A stretch of DNA of 64,000 nt from NCBI GenBank assembly GCA_046290465.1, contig JBKAGP010000001.1, positions 3,520,001-3,584,000 on the forward strand, written 5' to 3'. This document shows positions 1 to 10,405 of the stretch, piece after piece; positions within the stretch are counted from its first letter, which is position 1, and the number at the start of each line of letters is the position of its first letter. The translations under genes were made by a program, and so were the position numbers. Under the pieces are notes generated by a model. It worked only from the letters and a program-made list of their open reading frames with translations, did no database searches and was not told the DNA's origin. The DNA is from Planctomycetota bacterium. GTDB taxonomy: Bacteria > Planctomycetota > UBA1135 > UBA2386.

Positions 1-1776
1 TGGGCCGCGCTCGAGTGGGTCGGGCCGATGACCAGGCCGGCCGCGCTGGCCTGCACCATCCTGCCGCCGCTGGCGTTCGCCACCGCGCGCAACCACGACG
101 CCGACCCGTCGCTGGCGCTGTTCCTGAGCTTCTGCGTGCTGCTGGTCGGGATCATCCTCGACGGCCTGCACATCCCGCTGCTGCTCGGCTACGGCGCCGC
201 GGCGTTCCTGTCGCTGCACGGCGCGACGCTGCTGCACAGCTACCGCACCAGCACGCCGCGCAAGCAGCCGGCGCCGCTGCGCGCACTCGACGTCAACGCC
301 GTCAGCCTGATGGTGATGTCGTGCATCCTCGCGGTGTTCGCGATCGACCGCACGCTCAGCTGCCTGCCGTCGCCGAGCCGCGGCAGCACGTCGACGGCCG
401 ACGGCGGCGACTTCGCTGGCAACGATCGCGAGGTCGGCCTCGACGACACGTTCTCGTTCGACGGCACCGGCGGTGTGCTGTCGGAGCTGCGCGGAGAGCA
501 GCTGGTGCGCGCCGAGAGCCCCGACGGCCCGGTGTCCGACCGGATGTACCTGCGCTGCGGCTTCTTCACCGTGCCCGGCCTCGACCGCTGGGACATCGGC
601 CAGCTCAACCTGCGGCCGCAGTCGTCCAGCGACGGCCACGTGTTCCGCCGGCCCTCGCGCTTCGCGGCGACCAACACGCTGGTCGTCGAACGCTACGCCG
701 GCGCAGCCAAGTTCGTATTCCTGCCGCCGCACACCACGCAGGTGCGCGGCCTCGAGGACCTGGTCGTCGACACGCGCCGCGAGTGGATCCGGCCGCGCTC
801 GCCCAACTCCGAGCCATACGAAGTGCTGTGGCAGGAGTTCGCGCCGCTACCGGCGGGCGCCCAGGTCGACCGGCGCGCGCGGCTGCTCGGCATGCTGAGC
901 CTGCCGCCCCGGCTCGACCGTGTGCCGTTCGAAGAACTGCTGTCGAAGTGGCGGGTCGGCCGCGATCCGATGCAGGCGATGGAGGCGCTGGCCGACGGCC
1001 TCGCCCGCCACTGCCGCTACGACCGCAGCGCGCCGATCGGCCCCTACCCGCACGAACTCGAGAACTTCCTGTTCGCCGACGAGGACCGCCACGGCTACTG
1101 CATGCACTTCGCGTCGGCGGCCGCACTGATGCTGCGCATGCGCGGCATCCCGTGCCGCATCGGCGTCGGCCTCTACGGTGGCGAACCGAGCCGCGAAGGT
1201 CCCGACGTGCGCATCTACGGCTCGCAGCACGCGCACGCGTGGGTCGAGGTGCCGTTCGAAGGTCGCGGCTACGTGATCTTCGACCCGACGCCGCCGGGCG
1301 CACGCGGCCGCAGCTTCGTGCCCGACTCACGCCCGGCGATCGAGTCCGACCCCGACGTCGAGGTCGAGCGGCCGTTCTTCGAACCGGCGGTACGCGCGGT
1401 CACCGACGTCGTCACGACGCCGTGGACCTGGGCGATCGTGCTCGGCGCGGTGCTGCTGCTCGCGGTGTTGCCGCGGCGGGCCCCCAAGCCGCCGGAGCGC
1501 GCCTACGCCAACGTCGCACCGAAGGCGCGGCGCGCCCTGCAGAAGCTGATGCGCGCGCTGGCCCACGCCGGCCATCGCCGCGGCCACGGCCAGACGCTGG
1601 AGCTGTTCGCCCAGGATCTGGACCAACGCGCGCGGCTGCAGCCGGAGGTCAAGGCCGCGTTCGCCGCCTACCAGGAGGTCCGGTTCGGCGGCCGCGAGTT
1701 CGACGACGAACACGCGTCGACGATGGAGCAGGGCATCCGCGCCGCCGTGGCGATGCAGCCGCCGGCGCCCGAGTAG
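1..1776 (+). CDS. Transglutaminase-like membrane protein (TgpA/DUF3488-type), 5'-truncated by window edge
   Basis: Frame open from base 1; N-terminal TM helices; catalytic motifs GYCMHFASA, HAHAWVEV, FDPTP; C-terminal TM plus DUF4129-like tail (YQEVRFGG). Confidence 0.85.
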   Translation, partial: WAALEWVGPMTRPAALACTILPPLAFATARNHDADPSLALFLSFCVLLVGIILDGLHIPLLLGYGAAAFLSLHGATLLHSYRTSTPRKQPAPLRALDVNAVSLMVMSCILAVFAIDRTLSCLPSPSRGSTSTADGGDFAGNDREVGLDDTFSFDGTGGVLSELRGEQLVRAESPDGPVSDRMYLRCGFFTVPGLDRWDIGQLNLRPQSSSDGHVFRRPSRFAATNTLVVERYAGAAKFVFLPPHTTQVRGLEDLVVDTRREWIRPRSPNSEPYEVLWQEFAPLPAGAQVDRRARLLGMLSLPPRLDRVPFEELLSKWRVGRDPMQAMEALADGLARHCRYDRSAPIGPYPHELENFLFADEDRHGYCMHFASAAALMLRMRGIPCRIGVGLYGGEPSREGPDVRIYGSQHAHAWVEVPFEGRGYVIFDPTPPGARGRSFVPDSRPAIESDPDVEVERPFFEPAVRAVTDVVTTPWTWAIVLGAVLLLAVLPRRAPKPPERAYANVAPKARRALQKLMRALAHAGHRRGHGQTLELFAQDLDQRARLQPEVKAAFAAYQEVRFGGREFDDEHASTMEQGIRAAVAMQPPAPE

Positions 1777-1786
1777 ACGCGACGGG

Positions 1787-2785
1787 TCAGCGGGCGCGCG
1801 GCCAGCAGAACTCGAGGCCGATGCGGTCGCCGTCGTGCTCGCAGCGCAGGTCACCGCCGAGACGCCGCTGCAGGAACGCCGCGGTCAGGATCGCGTCGTA
1901 GGAACCGGCACCACGGGCGACGTCGGCGATCGCGCCCGATCGCATGCCGACGACCCCGGCGACGGTTTCGGCGCGCGTGCGGTCGACGCCGGTCGCATCA
2001 CAACGCGCGACGACGCAATCGCGCAAACGCCCTTCGGGGCAGCTCAGCGTGCGCTCCACGACCTCGAACCGCATCGTCGCCGCACCGATTTCGATCAGCA
2101 TGTGCAGCCCTTCCATCACCGCCTGCACGACCTCGACCGTGACGACGCGCACGTCGGGCAGGCCGTCCGGGACCGCCACCTCGAGTTCGATCCCGGCATG
2201 CTCGATGGTCTTGCGAACGACCGCGAGCGCGTCGTCGATCAGCGCACCGGCGGCGACCCGTTCGCGACGGGCCGGGGTGCGCACCAGGATGCGCGCCAAC
2301 ACCCCCGCCATGCGGGCACCGATCTTGGTGCCCTGCTCGAGATCGAGCAGGCTCTCGCGGTCGGCGTCGGTCCGCGCGTAGATCCCGAGCTGCGCCGACA
2401 GCGCCAGCACCGCGTTGAACTGGTTGTTGAGATCGTGCGACAGGCTCGCCGCCATGTTGCCGAGCGCGCGGCAGCGCACCGAGGCCAACACCGTCGCGGC
2501 GCGATGCTCGCGGTCGGTGACGTCCCGCGCGACCAGCCAGCCCTGGCCGTCGACTTCGTATCGCTGCAGCTCCCAGGCCTCGTCGTCGGTCAACATCACG
2601 ACGGGGTCTCCGGCGTCGAGGTCGGCGCGGTCGCCGTCGGCGAGCGGCAGCGCGTCGAGCGTGCCACCGAACTTCGAGGACCATGCCGCCATCGCGCCGG
2701 ACACCCCGGTCAGGGCACCGTTGGCGGCGACCAGCGCAACGGCGTCACGGACGCACGCCGAGGGCACGGACGAGGGCGGAGGCAT
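1787..2785 (-). CDS. Histidine kinase-like protein with intact H-box and degenerate ATPase domain
   Basis: LGNMAASLSHDLNN H-box; N, F and G2 boxes not recognisable. Confidence 0.7.
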   Translation of the reverse strand: MPPPSSVPSACVRDAVALVAANGALTGVSGAMAAWSSKFGGTLDALPLADGDRADLDAGDPVVMLTDDEAWELQRYEVDGQGWLVARDVTDREHRAATVLASVRCRALGNMAASLSHDLNNQFNAVLALSAQLGIYARTDADRESLLDLEQGTKIGARMAGVLARILVRTPARRERVAAGALIDDALAVVRKTIEHAGIELEVAVPDGLPDVRVVTVEVVQAVMEGLHMLIEIGAATMRFEVVERTLSCPEGRLRDCVVARCDATGVDRTRAETVAGVVGMRSGAIADVARGAGSYDAILTAAFLQRRLGGDLRCEHDGDRIGLEFCWPRAR

Positions 2786-2818
2786 GCCGACCTTGTAGCA
2801 GACGCGACCTGCGCGGCC

Positions 2819-4090
2819 TCACCGCACCGCGGTCAATCGCGCGCGACCGCGATCCAGCGTGACGCGGCAGCGGCTCAGCAGATCGATGCCAAGCACGCCG
2901 TGCACCGGGAAGACCTCGGCCCTGCCACGGTTTACGACCGGCAGCGTGACCTGCAGGAAGCGCGCGTCCGAGCAGCGCAGCACGAGATCTCGCACTTCTT
3001 TTACGGCCACCAGGCCGCCGCCGACCGTTCGCACGCGCCGGAACGACGGCACCGCGCGCTCGTCGCCACCGGGGATCCGCGACAGGCCGAGCGCGGTCAG
3101 GCTCGAATGGCTCGCGCCGGTGTCGAGCACGAACCACAACCGCGCGCCCTCGACCACCACCGGCACCAGGCAGCGCCCCTCGGCGCGCACGCACTGCACC
3201 GACTGCTGCACCGGCAGCCCGTGCGGCAGCGCCAGCACCACGCCGCCGCGTTCGGGGTCGACGGTCAGGCGGCAGGCGCCCAGCAGGTCGAGGCCGAGCA
3301 CGCCGCGGGGCACGCGCTCGGGGCCGCCGTGCAGGTCACGCAGCTTGAGCGCGCCGTCGGCGACCACCAGCACCGGCACGGCGCCGATGTCGACGTTGCC
3401 GACACGGAACTGCGGCAACAGCCCGACCTCGATCGGCAGGCGCCGACCGGCTCCGTCCAGCGCCTCGCCAGCGCGGCGCCGGCTGCGCACCCCGAGCTCG
3501 TCGGCGAAGCTCGCCGCGACCGTCGTCATCGACGTGCCGGTGTCGATCGCGAACGGACGCAGCCGGTCTTTCGTGCCGCAGACGAACTCCGGAACCTGCC
3601 CCGGCAGCAGCGGCTGCTCGGTCAAGAGCGGTCCGGAGAACCGCCGCACGAACGGCAACGCCGACGAGATCACCGCAAACGCGCGGCGCCGTTCGGCGTG
3701 TTCTGCCAGTGCGCCGGCGAGCAGCGGCGTCGAGCTCTCGCCCCAACGCCCCGACTGGAACAGCTGGTCGCCGAGCTGCCCGCGCAGATCGGCGACCAGG
3801 TCGTCGTCGCCGTCCGCCCGCGCCAGCCGGATCGCCGCCATGCGTTCCTGCACCGCCAGGTCGTCGTTCCACGTCAGGTCGGCGAGCAGCGCGCTCCACT
3901 GGGCCGCGCGGGTGTGCCGCGGATCCCGCTGGCGCGCCTCGACGACCAGTTCGCGCGCCTCGTCGAGACGGCCTTCGCCGAGCGCCTTCGACGCCAGCGC
4001 CAGCTGCTCGTCGATCGTGCGCAGCGCGCCGCGACCGACACAGGCCGACAGCAGCGCACACGCGAGCAGCCCTGCGGACGCGCGGCGCAT
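2819..4090 (-). CDS. Lipoprotein with TPR-like N-terminus and two retropepsin-like aspartyl protease domains
   Basis: Start MRRASAGLLACALLSAC (lipobox) overlaps upstream stop (TGATG); FAIDTGTS and FVLDTGAS motifs, each followed by GVLGxDLL. Confidence 0.85.
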   Translation of the reverse strand: MRRASAGLLACALLSACVGRGALRTIDEQLALASKALGEGRLDEARELVVEARQRDPRHTRAAQWSALLADLTWNDDLAVQERMAAIRLARADGDDDLVADLRGQLGDQLFQSGRWGESSTPLLAGALAEHAERRRAFAVISSALPFVRRFSGPLLTEQPLLPGQVPEFVCGTKDRLRPFAIDTGTSMTTVAASFADELGVRSRRRAGEALDGAGRRLPIEVGLLPQFRVGNVDIGAVPVLVVADGALKLRDLHGGPERVPRGVLGLDLLGACRLTVDPERGGVVLALPHGLPVQQSVQCVRAEGRCLVPVVVEGARLWFVLDTGASHSSLTALGLSRIPGGDERAVPSFRRVRTVGGGLVAVKEVRDLVLRCSDARFLQVTLPVVNRGRAEVFPVHGVLGIDLLSRCRVTLDRGRARLTAVR

Positions 4091-6771
4091 CAGTTGGTGG
4101 TGATCTGGATCGAACGGCTGGTCACCTGCCGCACGCCCGCCTCGATCAGGTCGATCGACTGCGCGTAGGCGACGAAGTCCCCGAACACGTCGGGCGACAC
4201 GATGTCGACTTCGCCGAACCAGGCCGTCACCGTCAACGTGTAGGTGCGTCCGGCGACCAGCGGCGTCTCGGCCTCGGTCGGCAGCGTCACGAACGTGAAG
4301 TCCGGCTGGTCGGGCCGCACCAGCACCTCCCACAGCAGCAGGTCGCTGCCGGTCTCCGAACGCAGCTCGACCTTGCCGCCGAGGCTGCCCGCCGGCAGCG
4401 AGAACTGCACCTCGAACCCCGTCGCCGGCACCGTCGCCCCCGGCAGCGGCCCGGTCAGCGTCGGGAACGGTTGGAACGCGAACCCGGTGGTCGGCGTCAC
4501 GGCCAGGTCGATCATCGAGTGGTGCGACGACGTCACCCCGCCCGCCGACGTCTCCCCGCCGAGCAGCGCCAGCCAGACCTCGCCGGCGGCGAGCGGCGGC
4601 AGGCCGAACAAGAGGTCGCTGCCGGACGCGCTGACCGAGCCGTCGATGCCGCGCGCGACGTCGACGACGCCGGCGTCCGCCACCTCCTGGCCGAGCGACA
4701 GCGTCAGCGTGTTGGGGTCGACCTCGGCCGGAGCGCTGGTCAGGGCACCGCCGAGCGTGAACGTCGTCACCGGCACCAGCGAGACCGGCGCGCCGAACGC
4801 CCCGCCCGCACCTTCGACCACGCCCTCGCGCAGGTCGGCGCGGATCGCCGCCTTCTGCAGCGTGTCCCGGCCGCCCGGACTGGTGAACTCGACCAGCGCG
4901 AGGTTGCCGCCCGCGAGCGGCAGGCCGACGCGGAAGTCGTCCTGCGTCGTCGCGATATCGATGTCGATCGGCACCGAGGACTGGATCGGCATGCCCTCGA
5001 CGACCGCATCCCACAGCTCCTGCCGGGTGATCCGCCGCGTGACGCGGGTCGCGTGCGACGCGGCCGGGTCGACGTTGGCGACGTTGCCGGTGATGTAGCC
5101 GTGGCGATCGAACCTGCCGAGCGGCTGACGCAGCACGCGGCGCATCGGGAACTCGAGGTGATCCGAACTCGGCAGTTCGACCGTGAAGCCGTGCGTGATC
5201 GTGAAGCCGTCGCGCGACGTGCGCACCGTCGCGGTGCCGCGCTTGTTGAAGCCGCGATCGGCGAACAGTTGGCCGTTCTCGCGGGTCTCGCCGACGTAGC
5301 CCTCGCCGGCGAACTCACCCTGCACGACGTCCGCGAACTCGACCGGCCCGCCGCCGATGCTGTCGCAGACGTAGCCGCGCGAGCTGCGCGTGCCCTGGAA
5401 CCACGGCCGATCGAACAAGAACTGGTAGCTGTCGAGCGAGCGACGACCGAACGCCAGGAAGCCGACCTGCTGGCCGTAGTACGACTCGACCCGGTTGCGG
5501 CGGCGCCCTTCCTGGTAGCCGAAGAAGCCGGCCGGCACGTCCTCGAAGGTCACCCGGCCGTCGGCATCGCTGACGCCGAACAGCGCCACGTCGCCGCGCA
5601 GGCTGCTGATCCGCGCCGGCTGGAACACGTCGGCACGCGCCCGCACGATCTGCTGCACGCGCACGTTGCCGGCCCGCACGGTGTCGAGCAGCAAGTCGCC
5701 GAGATCCTGTTGCGTCGCGCTGAACGGCGCGGTCTGCGTCGCGACCACCGGCAGCCAGGTCGCCCCGGCGAACACCTCGACCGTCGCGTCGCGCGGCGTG
5801 CCGTCCCCGAGCGTCGCCGGCACGCCGTCGATCAAGAACGAGCCGTCGCCGGCCGTCGACGCGTAGCGGTGGTCGACCTTGACCATCGCCTGTGACACCG
5901 GGTTACCGTCGACGTCGACGACGAAGCCGGTGACCGTTCGCGGCGTGACGCCGACGCCGAACGCATACAGGCCGCCCCGGGTGATCGCACCGAGCACCTG
6001 CAGGCGACCGCCCGACGCCGTCGCGAACGCCACCGGCCGCCACTCGCCGGTCTCGTCGTCGAGCCAGAACAGCTGCGCGTTCGGCGTGGTGATCGACAGG
6101 TCGTCGGGCACGTCGAGGTCGATGCCCGGCGTGAACGTCATCTCCTTGGGACCGATGTAGTAGCCGCGACCGAACAGGCGCGTGCCCGACGACCCGCTGA
6201 GCGGCAGGTCCCCCGGCAGGTGTTGCGCAGCCAGCTCTCCGAGCCCGACCCGCACCGTGACCGAACCGCCGACGACCGACGGCGGCGCCAGCGCGGTCGT
6301 GCCGAACGGGATCGTCAGCACCGCGCCGCTGGTCGAGGTGATCGTGCTGGTGCCGCCCTGCGAGCCGTTGCCGATCACGACGCTGGCTGCGTCGGGCTGG
6401 TCGGGCACGTGCAGCGGCATCGGCAGGTCGGTGTCGAGCACCGACAGCGCCACCCGGTAGCCACCGAGGGTGTCCCCATCGCTCGCCGCCGCCCACGACG
6501 GGTCGACGTCGAACAGCACGCGGCCGCGCGGTTCGGCGTAGAAGTCGCCGCGGCCGTTGCGACCGGTCACCGCGCGCGTCGTGCTGCCGGTGACGGTCAC
6601 CGTCGCCGACACGACCCCACGATTCTGGTCGTCGAGCAGCAGCACCCGCGTGCTGGCGTCGGGCAGCCGCGGCAGCCTCGGACCGATGTCGCTGCCCTCC
6701 CCGGCACAGGCAGAGAGCACCACGAACAGCGAGGCAGCGACCAGGTCGCGCCGACGAACCACACCCGTCAT
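4090..6771 (-). CDS. Large beta-rich lipoprotein with carboxypeptidase-regulatory-like domains
   Basis: Lipobox VLSAC; VTGFVVDVDGNPVSQAMV...DGSFLIDGVP motif; 893 aa with coding-like codon usage. Confidence 0.7.
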   Translation of the reverse strand: MTGVVRRRDLVAASLFVVLSACAGEGSDIGPRLPRLPDASTRVLLLDDQNRGVVSATVTVTGSTTRAVTGRNGRGDFYAEPRGRVLFDVDPSWAAASDGDTLGGYRVALSVLDTDLPMPLHVPDQPDAASVVIGNGSQGGTSTITSTSGAVLTIPFGTTALAPPSVVGGSVTVRVGLGELAAQHLPGDLPLSGSSGTRLFGRGYYIGPKEMTFTPGIDLDVPDDLSITTPNAQLFWLDDETGEWRPVAFATASGGRLQVLGAITRGGLYAFGVGVTPRTVTGFVVDVDGNPVSQAMVKVDHRYASTAGDGSFLIDGVPATLGDGTPRDATVEVFAGATWLPVVATQTAPFSATQQDLGDLLLDTVRAGNVRVQQIVRARADVFQPARISSLRGDVALFGVSDADGRVTFEDVPAGFFGYQEGRRRNRVESYYGQQVGFLAFGRRSLDSYQFLFDRPWFQGTRSSRGYVCDSIGGGPVEFADVVQGEFAGEGYVGETRENGQLFADRGFNKRGTATVRTSRDGFTITHGFTVELPSSDHLEFPMRRVLRQPLGRFDRHGYITGNVANVDPAASHATRVTRRITRQELWDAVVEGMPIQSSVPIDIDIATTQDDFRVGLPLAGGNLALVEFTSPGGRDTLQKAAIRADLREGVVEGAGGAFGAPVSLVPVTTFTLGGALTSAPAEVDPNTLTLSLGQEVADAGVVDVARGIDGSVSASGSDLLFGLPPLAAGEVWLALLGGETSAGGVTSSHHSMIDLAVTPTTGFAFQPFPTLTGPLPGATVPATGFEVQFSLPAGSLGGKVELRSETGSDLLLWEVLVRPDQPDFTFVTLPTEAETPLVAGRTYTLTVTAWFGEVDIVSPDVFGDFVAYAQSIDLIEAGVRQVTSRSIQITTN

Positions 6772-6798
6772 GCGCGAGATGCTACCCGTTCGCCCCGC

Positions 6799-8157
6799 CT
6801 ACTTCCTGCGCGTGCCGCTGCGCGGACGCTGCGCGAAGCGGTCCGGCTCGGGCGGGGTCGCGACCCGGCTGCGCGCGCCGTCGGCCGAGATCGAGCGGAC
6901 CCCGACCACGACATCGTCGAGGCAGACGCCGGGCATGCGCGCCAGCATCCGGCCCGAACGCGTCGGCTTCGGATCGGCCTCCGCCATCGACATCACGTGG
7001 GTCCAGTCGGCCTCGATCGTCTCCCGCCAGACGAACTCGCAGCGGCTCACGCCGTCGGGCAGCTTGTAGACCACCAGCGTGTCGTAGGCATCACGCGCCA
7101 GCCGCGCATTGCTGACCAGCGGCGGTGCCGGCGCCGACGCCAGCTCCGACAGCGTCGCCACGACCACGCGCGCGACGTTGGCCGAGTAGGCGAAGTTGGC
7201 GTAGTCCGGCAGGTCGCCGTAGGGCTTGCCGTCCTTCGGGCGAACGTTCTGGTGCTGCCGCGAGAAGTCCTCGCGCGGCTCGGTCATCCGCACCGACGGG
7301 TAACCCTGGTCGAAGAACGAGCGGTGGTCGCCACCGCGGCCGTAGCGGTCGCCGCGGTAGATCAGCTTGACGTCGAAGCCGTCGACGTAGCGACGGCCTC
7401 CGCGGCTGACGGCGCGCGCCAGGCTGCGGCCGAAGCTGTCGTTGCCGGTCGGCGCGTAGCTGAAGCAGCGCACGAAGCCGTCGTAGGTCTTGCCGTCCAT
7501 GCCGGTGGTGTTGCCGACGATGTCGCAGGTGATCATGCCGTCGACCCTGGCGCCGGCGTCGGCCAGGAACTGCGCGTGCGCCTTGGAGCCGAGCAGCCCC
7601 TGCTCCTCGCCGTCGTAGGCGACGAACAGCACCGTCGCGGGGAACGACCGCGTCGCCATCACGCGCGCCGCTTCGAGCGCGACCGCCGTGCCCGAGGCAT
7701 CGTCGACCGCGCCCGGCGCGGCGTTCTTGCCGTCGGCACCGTCGCTGTTGCGCGAGTCGTAGTGGCCGCCGACGACGTAGATGCGCGCCGGATCAGTGGC
7801 GCCGCGCAGCGTCGCGACGACGTTGACGACCTCGACCTCGCGCGGCATGCCGTTGCGCAGGCACGGCACCTTCGCCTTCTGCAGGCGAACGGTCATGCGA
7901 CCGCCGCTGGTGGCGGCGATCTTCTGGTACTCCGCCTCGAGCCAACGCCGCGCCGCGCCCGTGCCCTCGGTGTCGCTGTCGGTGCGCGACAGCACGTGGC
8001 GGGTGCCGAAGCTGCACAGCTTGCGCACCGTCGCCTCGATCCGCGCGGCGTCGACCTCCTGGACCGCCTCGGCGATGCGGGCCCGGATCGGGTCCTGCGC
8101 GTGGGCGACTGCGGCGAGCGTGGCCGCGAGAACGACACCGAGACGATCGTGGATCAT
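6799..8157 (-). CDS. Secreted M28 family metallopeptidase
   Basis: Signal peptide; GGHYDS, GAVDDASG, GEEQGLLGS, GGDHRSF motifs. Confidence 0.9.
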   Translation of the reverse strand: MIHDRLGVVLAATLAAVAHAQDPIRARIAEAVQEVDAARIEATVRKLCSFGTRHVLSRTDSDTEGTGAARRWLEAEYQKIAATSGGRMTVRLQKAKVPCLRNGMPREVEVVNVVATLRGATDPARIYVVGGHYDSRNSDGADGKNAAPGAVDDASGTAVALEAARVMATRSFPATVLFVAYDGEEQGLLGSKAHAQFLADAGARVDGMITCDIVGNTTGMDGKTYDGFVRCFSYAPTGNDSFGRSLARAVSRGGRRYVDGFDVKLIYRGDRYGRGGDHRSFFDQGYPSVRMTEPREDFSRQHQNVRPKDGKPYGDLPDYANFAYSANVARVVVATLSELASAPAPPLVSNARLARDAYDTLVVYKLPDGVSRCEFVWRETIEADWTHVMSMAEADPKPTRSGRMLARMPGVCLDDVVVGVRSISADGARSRVATPPEPDRFAQRPRSGTRRK

Positions 8158-9695
8158 GCGAACAAGTCGATTCCTTCCATGCCCTCGGACTTGTCGACGC
8201 CGAGGATCGGCAGCAGGGTGGTGGCGATGTCACAGAGGCGGCCGCCGCCCTTCATGCTGCGGCCGACCAATGCGTCCGAGCATACGACCAGCGGCACCGG
8301 GTTGGTGGTGTGCGCGGTGTGCACGCCGCCGGATTCGGGATCCAGCATCTGCTCGACGTTGCCGTGATCGGCGGTGATCGCGACGGTGCCGCCGAGCTGG
8401 GTGAACACCGGCACGATCCGCGCCAGGCACCGGTCGATCGTCTGCACCGCGGTGATCGCCGCCGGCACGATGCCGCTGTGGCCGACCATGTCGGCGTTGG
8501 CGAAGTTGAGGATCGTGACGTCGGGACGCTGATCCGACGCCATCGCCTCGAGCAGCTGGTCGGTGACCTCCACCGCGGACATCTCCGGCTGCATGTCGTA
8601 GGTCGCAACCTTCGGACTCGGCACCAGGATGCGCCGTTCGCCGGGCACCTCGGCCTCGTCGCCGCCCGAGAAGAAGAACGTGACGTGCGCGTACTTCTCG
8701 GTCTCGGCGATGCGCAGCTGGCTCAGCCCCGCGTCGCTGACGACCTGCGGCAGCGCGCCCTTCATGCTCTGCGGCGGGAACGCGATCGGGCAGGGGAAGT
8801 CCTCCCGGTAGCGCGTCATCGTCACGAAGTGCACGACCGGGAACGACGCGCGCGCGAAGCCCTCGAACTCGGTGCTGACGAACGCCTCGGTCAACTGCCG
8901 CGCACGGTCGGTGCGGAAGTTGAAGAACACCACCGCGTCGCCGGTGCGCACGCGGCCCTGGTCGGGCGAGCCGATCGCCGTCGGCTTGACGAACTCGTCG
9001 TTCTCGCCGCGCTCGTAGGCCTGCGCGATCGCCGCCTGCGCGGAGTCCGCCTGCAGCCCCTGGCCGAGCGTCAACGCGTCGTAGGCGAGCTGCACGCGCT
9101 CCCAGCGCTTGTCGCGGTCCATCGCGAAGTAGCGCCCGATCACCGAGGCGATCCGGCCGACGCCGAGCTCGGCCATCCAGCCCTCCAGCGTCTCGACGTA
9201 CTTCTGCGCCGAGCGCGGCGGCGTGTCACGGCCGTCGAGGAACGCGTGCACGGCGACGCGATCCCCGCGGAGGCCCTCGGCCTTGGCCATCTCCAGCAGC
9301 GCGCGCAGGTGGCGATCGCTGCTGTGCACCCCGCCGTCCGAGACCAGCCCGAACAGGTGCAGCGTGGCGCCCGAGTCCGCGACGTGCGCGAACGCCGAGC
9401 GCAGCGCCTCGTTGCCTGCGAAGCGGCCTTCCTGGATCTCGCGGTCGATGCGCGTGATCTCCTGGTAGACGACGCGGCCGGCGCCGATGTTGAGGTGGCC
9501 GACCTCGCTGTTGCCCATCAGCCCGCACGGCAGGCCGACGTCCTCGCCGCTGGCCGACAGCAGCGTCGACGGGTAGCGCTGGCGGAGGTCGTTCCAGAAC
9601 TTCGGCTCGGCCTGGTGGATCGCGTTGCCCGGCCCGGACGGCGCTTCGCCGAACCCGTCGAGCACGCACAGCAGCAGCGGCGCGCGTCGGCTCAT
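8154..9695 (-). CDS. gpmI: 2,3-bisphosphoglycerate-independent phosphoglycerate mutase
   Basis: LDGFG, MGNSEVGH, SDGGVHS, DGRDTPP, AETEKYAHVTFFF, DMVGH, TADHGN. Confidence 0.97.
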   Translation of the reverse strand: MSRRAPLLLCVLDGFGEAPSGPGNAIHQAEPKFWNDLRQRYPSTLLSASGEDVGLPCGLMGNSEVGHLNIGAGRVVYQEITRIDREIQEGRFAGNEALRSAFAHVADSGATLHLFGLVSDGGVHSSDRHLRALLEMAKAEGLRGDRVAVHAFLDGRDTPPRSAQKYVETLEGWMAELGVGRIASVIGRYFAMDRDKRWERVQLAYDALTLGQGLQADSAQAAIAQAYERGENDEFVKPTAIGSPDQGRVRTGDAVVFFNFRTDRARQLTEAFVSTEFEGFARASFPVVHFVTMTRYREDFPCPIAFPPQSMKGALPQVVSDAGLSQLRIAETEKYAHVTFFFSGGDEAEVPGERRILVPSPKVATYDMQPEMSAVEVTDQLLEAMASDQRPDVTILNFANADMVGHSGIVPAAITAVQTIDRCLARIVPVFTQLGGTVAITADHGNVEQMLDPESGGVHTAHTTNPVPLVVCSDALVGRSMKGGGRLCDIATTLLPILGVDKSEGMEGIDLFA

Positions 9696-10315
9696 CCCAG
9701 CTTCCTGTCGACGGACACGGCGATGACCTCCTGCTGGCGACGGATCTCGTCGCGAACGGCCGTCGCGCGGGCCATCGTGGTCTCGGCCAGCTCGCGGTTG
9801 GTCAGGTAGCCGGCATTGATGCGCACGTTGAGGAACGCGCCCTCGGCGGCGGCGAGCAGCAGCGCGGCGCCGGACGCGAGGTCGCTGACGATCGCCTTGC
9901 CGATGCAGTCACTGACCTGCTCCATCGCGACGAACACGTCGCGGATCATCGCCTGGGTCTCCTCGGGCACCACCATCGCGCCGACCATCGCCTCCTGGAT
10001 CGCCTTGTCGCGCAGCGTCTTCTGCTCGTCGGTGTCCTTGGGCATGCCGTACGCCGCCGAGACCATGTCGAACGCCTTGCAGTCGCGCTCGGCCATCGGC
10101 ATCAGCCGCTTGAGGTGGTCGCCGAGCAGCGACTCGACGCGCGCGAGATCGTCCTCGCGATCGACGTTGGCCTTCTTGCCCTGCGAGAAGCGGACGGTCA
10201 TCAAGAACAGGGACGTGCCCATGCACCCGGCCATCGCCGCCGCCGCGCCGCCACCGGGCGTCGGCGTCTTCGCGGCCATCGAGTCGACGAGCTCTTGGAA
10301 GGATTGCGTGATCAT
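9692..10315 (-). CDS. Cyclodeaminase/cyclohydrolase family protein (FTCD C-terminal type)
   Basis: PTPGGGAAAA, ISDL-like VSDLASG, NVRIN motifs; start MITQSFQE; stop overlaps gpmI start. Confidence 0.85.
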   Translation of the reverse strand: MITQSFQELVDSMAAKTPTPGGGAAAAMAGCMGTSLFLMTVRFSQGKKANVDREDDLARVESLLGDHLKRLMPMAERDCKAFDMVSAAYGMPKDTDEQKTLRDKAIQEAMVGAMVVPEETQAMIRDVFVAMEQVSDCIGKAIVSDLASGAALLLAAAEGAFLNVRINAGYLTNRELAETTMARATAVRDEIRRQQEVIAVSVDRKLG

Positions 10316-10405
10316 TTGAGGCAAACAGTGTCGGCAGGCGCGAATCGGAAACAAGGCCGGAGGTGGTTCCTTGCGGTCCCGGCGGGCGATTTGCACAGTG
10401 TCGGC

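Noticed and set aside
6799..8157. M28 protein as the glutaminyl cyclase behind the +1 Gln bias
   Set aside because: Motifs fit a generic M28 aminopeptidase; cannot be distinguished by eye
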